DNA of 11,317 nucleotides from a virus: UHGV virus genome UHGV-0229837; one strand, 5' to 3'. Shown piece by piece: positions 6,228 to 11,317 of this stretch (position 1 is its first letter; each line of letters starts with the position of its first letter). The notes under the pieces were generated by a model. It saw only the letters and a program-made list of their open reading frames with translations, ran no database searches and was not told where the DNA came from. The position numbers and the translations under genes were made by a program.

Positions 6228-6263
6228 CAGCCCCTCTCCGGAGGGGCTGTTTATATTGATTTT
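6228..6263 (+). terminator. Strong intrinsic terminator (perfect 9-bp stem CAGCCCCTC / GAGGGGCTG, loop TCCG, then TTTATATTGATTTT)
   Basis: Read directly from sequence; the U-run is on the + strand, so it terminates rightward transcripts; only about 20 nt from the 3' end of the convergent minus-strand gene. Confidence 0.55.
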
Positions 6264-6283
6264 GTCAGATGTGAGTAAACTCC

Positions 6284-6619
6284 TTATGGACTTTGTTGTT
6301 TTAGTCCATAAGGACATATTTGCAGAGTGCAACGGTTATTAAAGCATTCATTCAATACGTTATCTGTATTTGTAGGGCATTCCTGGCTGTTTTTGATTAA
6401 ATTCCAGAATGTTTTATTGAATGGTACTACGTTGTAAATGGTTACAGGTAGCACTTTGTTATTGAGCATGATACCTGTGTGAGTCAGTGTAAATATACTT
6501 TCAGGAGGTAAGAAAGCATCCGATTGATACCAGATTATTAATTTTACTTTACTCCATATGACTGAAAAAGATATTCCGCATGATGGCTGGATAACTGTAT
6601 CAATCACAATCCACTTCAT
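6284..6619 (-). CDS. Hypothetical AT-rich antisense cargo (moron) protein (111 aa)
   Basis: ATG at 6619 preceded on the minus strand by AAGGAAG at 6-nt spacing and a sigma70-like promoter; a 111-codon ORF is unexpected by chance in DNA this AT-rich. No family recognised. Confidence 0.5.
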   Translation of the reverse strand: MKWIVIDTVIQPSCGISFSVIWSKVKLIIWYQSDAFLPPESIFTLTHTGIMLNNKVLPVTIYNVVPFNKTFWNLIKNSQECPTNTDNVLNECFNNRCTLQICPYGLKQQSP

Positions 6620-6659
6620 TTAGCTTCCTTGTTTATGCCTTGCTGGTGATGTTCTGAAA

Positions 6660-6686
6660 AGTATAAATGATATTTTTGAATGTAAA
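6660..6686 (-). promoter_or_regulatory. Putative promoter of the antisense cargo gene (-35 TTTACA, 15-bp spacer, -10 TATACT on the minus strand)
   Basis: Reverse complement of 6660-6686; the hexamers are near consensus but the spacer is short at 15 bp. Confidence 0.35.
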
Positions 6687-6879
6687 CCATAGCGCAGAAT
6701 TATTTTTCTGATGTTGTTTATTGTTTATTTAAATGCAGGGTGGTTTATATCTCGTCTTGTAGTTTATCCATGCATATCTGCTTGATAATCAGGTTTTTAT
6801 TTAAGGTATGGTTTTGTGTTTTTTCTGTATTACATATCCGGTATTTTAAAGAATTATTTTTCAGATAGTGGAAAGAACC

Positions 6880-7068
6880 ATGGCATTTAAACACTATGAT
6901 GTTGTCAGGGCGGCGCCGCCGTCAGATCTTGCGGAAAAGCTGACACATAAACTGAAAGAGGGCGGGCAGCCGTTTGGTAGTCCGGTGGCCATAACCCCTT
7001 ATACCCTGATGCAGGCGATTGCAGCAGAAGGTGATGTGGTGGTCAGTGGTGCAACTGAGCCGGAGTGA
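6880..7068 (+). CDS. Small hydrophilic protein (62 aa from ATG 6880), possibly DUF1737-like
   Basis: Track ORF 6868-7068 from GTG; the ATG at 6880 has a GGAAAG SD-like element upstream. Small proteins of this type commonly sit upstream of holin genes in lambdoid prophages; family assignment is from memory and unverified. Confidence 0.45.
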   Translation: MAFKHYDVVRAAPPSDLAEKLTHKLKEGGQPFGSPVAITPYTLMQAIAAEGDVVVSGATEPE

Positions 7069-7312
7069 TACTACGTCATCGTACTGGCCCGGCATTCCAG
7101 GCCATAAAAGACAGTCTGGCAGTGGGACTAAATGCACTGACGCTGATGGATATTACCAAAAATGTAACGTATGGCGTTGAGATAGAAAGTCTGGCGCTGG
7201 AGATAAATGCACCGGCATCATCATAAAAAGTGAGCCAGTCAAATGGAAGGTATCGTTAAACTCACCGGTAGTGTCAGTGGGTCGTCTGAGACGCTTGCAT
7301 GAGTTATCAGAG

Positions 7313-7343
7313 CCATCAGTAGTTAACTGGTGGCTTTTTTATT
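7313..7343 (+). terminator. Intrinsic terminator-like hairpin immediately upstream of the holin gene
   Basis: Stem CCATCAGT / ACTGGTGG (8 bp with one G-U pair), loop AGTTA, followed by CTTTTTTATT; lies inside the spurious N-terminal extension of track ORF 7271-7591. Confidence 0.5.
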
Positions 7344-7375
7344 GTTTTCAGCTTCCGGATAACGGGAGACGGGGT

Positions 7376-7591
7376 ATGGACCAGATGGAAAAAATCACAA
7401 CAGGTGTGTCATACACCACGTCAGCGGTGGGAACGGGCTACTGGTTCCTGCAGTTGCTGGACAGGGTTTCCCCGTCTCAGTGGGCGGCAATAGGCGTGCT
7501 GGGGAGTCTGCTGTTTGGGCTGCTGACATATCTGACTAACCTGTATTTCAAAATCAGAGAGGACCGTCGTAAGGCGGCACGGGGAGAGTAA
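7376..7591 (+). CDS. Class II holin / pinholin (phage 21 S-like, 71 aa) with dual-start motif
   Basis: [71 protein letters not shown]; two transmembrane domains and a charged C-terminus, very close to phage 21 S / EssQ as recalled. Met1 and Met4 give antiholin/holin dual starts. Confidence 0.85.
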   Translation: MDQMEKITTGVSYTTSAVGTGYWFLQLLDRVSPSQWAAIGVLGSLLFGLLTYLTNLYFKIREDRRKAARGE

Positions 7592-7595
7592 TTCA

Positions 7596-7940
7596 ATGAC
7601 TCAAAACTATGAACTGATTGTGAAAGGGATCCGCAATTTTGAGAATAAAGTTACGGTAACTTTAGCATTACAGGACAAAGAACGCTTTGACGGTGAAATT
7701 TTTGACCTGGACATCTCGCTGGACCGTGTTGAAGGTGCTGCGCTGGAGTTTTATGAGGCAGCGGCCAGAAGGAGCATCAGACAGGTCTTCCTGGATGTCG
7801 CTGCCGGGTTATGTGAAGGGGATGAGCAGTCGCCGGAAAAGCGCCCCGTAATTTTAGAGGCGCAGAATGTATGGATAACCTACAAAGGAAAGCTACCGGG
7901 AAGGATTACTGGTTCCCTGAAGACTCCGCCGAAATGGTAG
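7596..7940 (+). CDS. YdfR-like protein (DUF1327-type from memory) inserted between holin and endolysin
   Basis: ATG 4 nt after the holin stop with GGGGAGAG upstream; the N-terminus MTQNYELIVKGIRNFENKVTV matches my recollection of the K-12 YdfR family; the C-terminal third is not verified. Confidence 0.6.
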   Translation: MTQNYELIVKGIRNFENKVTVTLALQDKERFDGEIFDLDISLDRVEGAALEFYEAAARRSIRQVFLDVAAGLCEGDEQSPEKRPVILEAQNVWITYKGKLPGRITGSLKTPPKW

Positions 7941-8178
7941 TTTTGCCAGCATAATTTTCTTCCAGCAATGCCGCCAGCCACTTGAAAGAATTTTGTTGTT
8001 CCTGGGACCATTTGGGGTTGCGTGATTCAAAATGAATGGATGCCAGCGTTGGCAGCATTTGCTCCCTGGGAATTGATAAGGCCAGATGTGAAAATGCAAC
8101 AGTGAGGGCATTTACATCATCCCGAAGCCTGGAAATGCAGTCGAGCAACTCCTGTAGAGAAATGGTGCTATTGTCCAT
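7906..8178 (-). CDS. Hypothetical 90-aa protein encoded antisense within the lysis cassette
   Basis: ATG at 8178 preceded on the minus strand by AAGAGGA at 6-nt spacing; fills the 344-bp gap between the YdfR-like gene and the endolysin; its 3' end overlaps the YdfR-like gene by 35 nt, convergently. Confidence 0.4.
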   Translation of the reverse strand: MDNSTISLQELLDCISRLRDDVNALTVAFSHLALSIPREQMLPTLASIHFESRNPKWSQEQQNSFKWLAALLEENYAGKTTISAESSGNQ

Positions 8179-8283
8179 AAATAATCCTCTTGATTGTCTT
8201 TACCTTTTCCCCGCCTGATTCAACAGGCCGGGACAGATAAACATATCCAGGGTTCAGAAACCGATAAATCCTGATAAATATCC

Positions 8284-9311
<1,028 letters not shown>

Positions 9312-9672
9312 GGTAATATTAAATCGGAACATTTACATCGCGGAATGTAAAATTTAAATAAAAAGGACTCTTCCATGAGCCAAAATTCCTGAAATCTTAA
9401 GGGTAAGATAAAAGGTCTTAATCAGAATGACACGTTTTATTAATAAATAAAGCTATTCTTTCATTGCTGTGTTTTTCTTTACAAAAGTAATCCTTGCTAT
9501 GGGTGGTTAATCATGCGTTAATGGTGTTCTGGTTTGTTACAAATTTATCTGAAGCAGTCATTGTTATAATTTTATTATTTGTACCTCTTGAGATTTCCTT
9601 GTTGGTTTTTCTCTCTGATATTTTTTTCGGACCATTCTGCCCAAGGGCTAATTTCTTCAAAAGGTAATAATT

Positions 9673-9885
9673 ATGTCTAACAAAATGACTGGTTTAGTGA
9701 AATGGTTTAACCCTGAAAAAGGTTTTGGTTTCATCACGCCGAAAGATGGCAGCAAAGATGTGTTTGTCCATTTCTCAGCAATTCAGAGCAACGATTTCAA
9801 AACATTAACTGAGAATCAGGAAGTTGAATTTGGTATTGAGAACGGACCTAAAGGTCCTGCCGCTGTTCATGTAGTGGCGCTTTGA
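9673..9885 (+). CDS. cspI: CspA-family cold-shock protein, CspI-type
   Basis: 70 aa, [70 protein letters not shown], with RNP1/RNP2 motifs; matches my recollection of Qin prophage CspI nearly residue for residue. A long AT-rich leader lies upstream (9312-9672). Confidence 0.9.
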   Translation: MSNKMTGLVKWFNPEKGFGFITPKDGSKDVFVHFSAIQSNDFKTLTENQEVEFGIENGPKGPAAVHVVAL

Positions 9886-10084
9886 GGTAGACAATATTAC
9901 AAACCATATTCACTTTAGATGCCCGTGTTGTCATGGTTCCCAGTATAGAACATCATCTTTTGATGTTTCTGACATGAATCCTTTCGGGGCAAAATGTATC
10001 TTTTGTAAATCAATGATGATTACATTTGATAATATTTCACAATACTTAAATGCCAGCCGTCTGTCGTTGGATTTAAAAAAGTGA
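9875..10084 (+). pseudogene. Small zinc-ribbon ORF (CPCC...22 residues...CIFC) lacking an in-frame start codon; possibly frameshifted
   Basis: Frame open 9875-10084 (...RCPCCHGSQYRTSSFDVSDMNPFGAKCIFCKSMMITFDNISQYLNASRLSLDLKK); the first in-frame ATG is at 9974, after the first Cys pair. An ATG at 9919 lies one frame away within ATGCCCG. May correspond to the small proteins found next to csp genes in E. coli; unverified. Confidence 0.35.
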
Positions 10085-10092
10085 AAATGAAG

Positions 10093-10112
10093 GCTCCTTC
10101 GGGAGCTTTTTT
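10093..10112 (+). terminator. Intrinsic terminator ending the cspI / zinc-ribbon transcription unit
   Basis: Stem GCTCC / loop TTCG / GGAGC followed by TTTTTT. Confidence 0.6.
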
Positions 10113-10187
10113 GCTTGGTGTCTATTCGATGGATACTCACATACTACGGTAACATCATGAAAAAATCATAGTTTTTTTTAACTCTGA

Positions 10188-10736
10188 ACCAGCAGTGGTA
10201 GTGCCAGCGATGCCGCATCGTCAGCCAGTTCGGCGGCGTCATCGGCATCATCGGCGTCTGCTTCAAAAGATGAGGCGACCAGACAGGCGTCAGCAGCGAA
10301 GGGCAGCGCCACGACAGCATCCACGAAGGCGACAGAGGCAGCTGGCAGTGCGACGGCGGCAGCACAGAGCAAAAGTACGGCGGAATCCGCGGCAACGCGC
10401 GCCGAGACAGCGGCAAAACGGGCAGAGGATATTGCATCCGCCGTGGCGCTTGAGGATGCGAGCACGACGAAAAAGGGGATAGTACAGCTCAGCAGTGCGA
10501 CCAACAGTACGTCTGAAACGCTGGCGGCAACGCCAAAGGCAGTAAAATCAGCCTATGACAATGCAGAGAAACGTCTGCAGAAAGACCAGAACGGCGCTGA
10601 TATACCCGATATTGGTGCTCATACGCACTCCGTTGCGATTGGTTCACATGGACATACCATCACCGTTAACGCTGCTGGTAACGCGGAAAACACCGTCAAA
10701 AACATCGCATTTAACTATATTGTGAGGCTTGCATAA
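10188..10736 (+). pseudogene. Side tail fibre (Stf) gene remnant: 5'-truncated C-terminal portion
   Basis: Frame open from 10188 (preceded by stops at 10179 and 10185) with no start codon until a GTG at 10443; Ala/Ser/Thr-rich repeats then ...[52 protein letters not shown]..., typical of lambdoid Stf C-termini; stop overlaps the tfa start (TAATG). Confidence 0.75.
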
Positions 10737-11317
10737 TGGCATTCAGAATGAGTGAACAACCACGGACCATAAAAATTTATAATCTGCTGGCCGGAACTAA
10801 TGAATTTATTGGTGAAGGTGACGCATATATTCCGCCTCATACAGGTCTGCCAGCAAACAGTACCGATATTGCACCGCCAGATATTCCGGCAGGCTTCGTG
10901 GCTGTTTTCAACAGTGATGAGGCATCGTGGCATCTCGTTGAAGATCATCGGGGTAAAACGGTTTATGACGTGGCTTCCGGCGACGCGTTATTTATTTCTG
11001 AACTCGGTCCGTTACCGGAAAATGCCACTTGGTTATCCCCGGAAGGGGAGTTTCAGAAGTGGAACGGCACAGCCTGGGTGAAAGATGCAGAAGCAGAAAA
11101 ACTATTCCGGATCCGGGAGGCGGAAGAAACAAAAAACAGCCTGATGCAGGCAGCGAATGAGCATATTGCGCCACTTCAGGATGCTGTAGATCTGGAAATC
11201 GCAACGGAGGAAGAAAACTCGTTGCTGGAAGCCTGGAAAAAGTATCGGGTGTTGCTGAACCGTGTTAATACAACAACTGCACCGGATATTGAATGGCCAG
11301 TAGCACCTATAGGGTAA
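10736..11317 (+). CDS. Tail fibre assembly protein (Tfa family chaperone)
   Basis: 193 aa; the N-terminal region ([36 protein letters not shown]...) and position directly after stf are characteristic of lambdoid TfaQ/TfaR/TfaE-type proteins. Confidence 0.85.
   Translation: MAFRMSEQPRTIKIYNLLAGTNEFIGEGDAYIPPHTGLPANSTDIAPPDIPAGFVAVFNSDEASWHLVEDHRGKTVYDVASGDALFISELGPLPENATWLSPEGEFQKWNGTAWVKDAEAEKLFRIREAEETKNSLMQAANEHIAPLQDAVDLEIATEEENSLLEAWKKYRVLLNRVNTTTAPDIEWPVAPIG

Noticed and set aside
6922-7137. 71-aa minus-strand ORF
   Set aside because: Antisense overlap with the 6880-7068 ORF and no SD.
7065-7226. 53-codon + strand ORF from GTG 7065 (overlapping the preceding stop as GTGA)
   Set aside because: Possible small gene, but it has a non-ATG start with no clear SD; not enough support to call.
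7271-7375. N-terminal extension of the holin ORF from GTG 7271
   Set aside because: It contains a terminator hairpin; the true start is the MDQM dual-start at 7376.
7893-8218. ORFs 7893-8111 (-) and 8036-8218 (+)
   Set aside because: They overlap the better-supported 7906-8178 minus-strand ORF in other frames and have no SD.
9931-10140. 69-aa minus-strand ORF
   Set aside because: Antisense to the zinc-ribbon frame and the terminator; the + strand frame carries a recognisable Cys motif.
10144-10504. ORFs 10144-10437 (-), 10178-10504 (-, Ala-rich) and 10195-10482 (+, Arg-rich)
   Set aside because: Off-frame translations of the GC-rich Ala/Ser-repeat region of the tail-fibre remnant; their low-complexity composition marks them as artefacts.
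10715-11204. ORFs 10715-10948 (-), 10800-11081 (+) and 10992-11204 (-)
   Set aside because: Alternative frames within the well-supported tfa gene.

Overview
This window reads as the early-right to late region of a defective lambdoid prophage of the Qin / phage-21 type from an E. coli-like enterobacterium, with almost all genes on the + strand. No database search was possible, so family names (YdfU/DUF968, YdfR/DUF1327, DUF1737, CspI, ileZ/argN) are recalled from memory and coordinates of RNA and regulatory features are hand-derived. Order of content: a translationally coupled cluster of nin-like small ORFs (128-1132); a small two-helix membrane protein (1387-1566); an apparently intact hok/sok/mok type I toxin-antitoxin locus (about 1621-2072); a strong promoter, then a 92-aa ORF, a 349-aa YdfU-like protein with a C-terminal HNH/NinG-like zinc-finger motif, RusA and a Q-family antiterminator (2359-4972); the late promoter PR' with its terminator tR' (4978-5079); two phage tRNAs, Ile2(CAU) and Arg(UCU) (5116-5372); an AT-rich cargo island of uncharacterised genes in the slot where Stx phages carry toxin genes (5373-7375); a lysis cassette of dual-start pinholin, YdfR-like gene, convergent antisense ORF, SAR endolysin and Rz with embedded Rz1 (7376-9311); a CspI-type cold-shock gene followed by a start-less zinc-ribbon ORF and a terminator (9673-10112); and a 5'-truncated side-tail-fibre gene plus an intact tail-fibre assembly gene (10188-11317). 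No head, tail or terminase genes lie between the lysis cassette and the tail-fibre remnant, so the element looks cryptic. The best candidates for something undescribed are the cargo island, especially the antisense gene at 6284-6619 with its own promoter and ribosome-binding site, and the antisense ORF inside the lysis cassette at 7906-8178. No CRISPR array, rRNA or transposase was seen.
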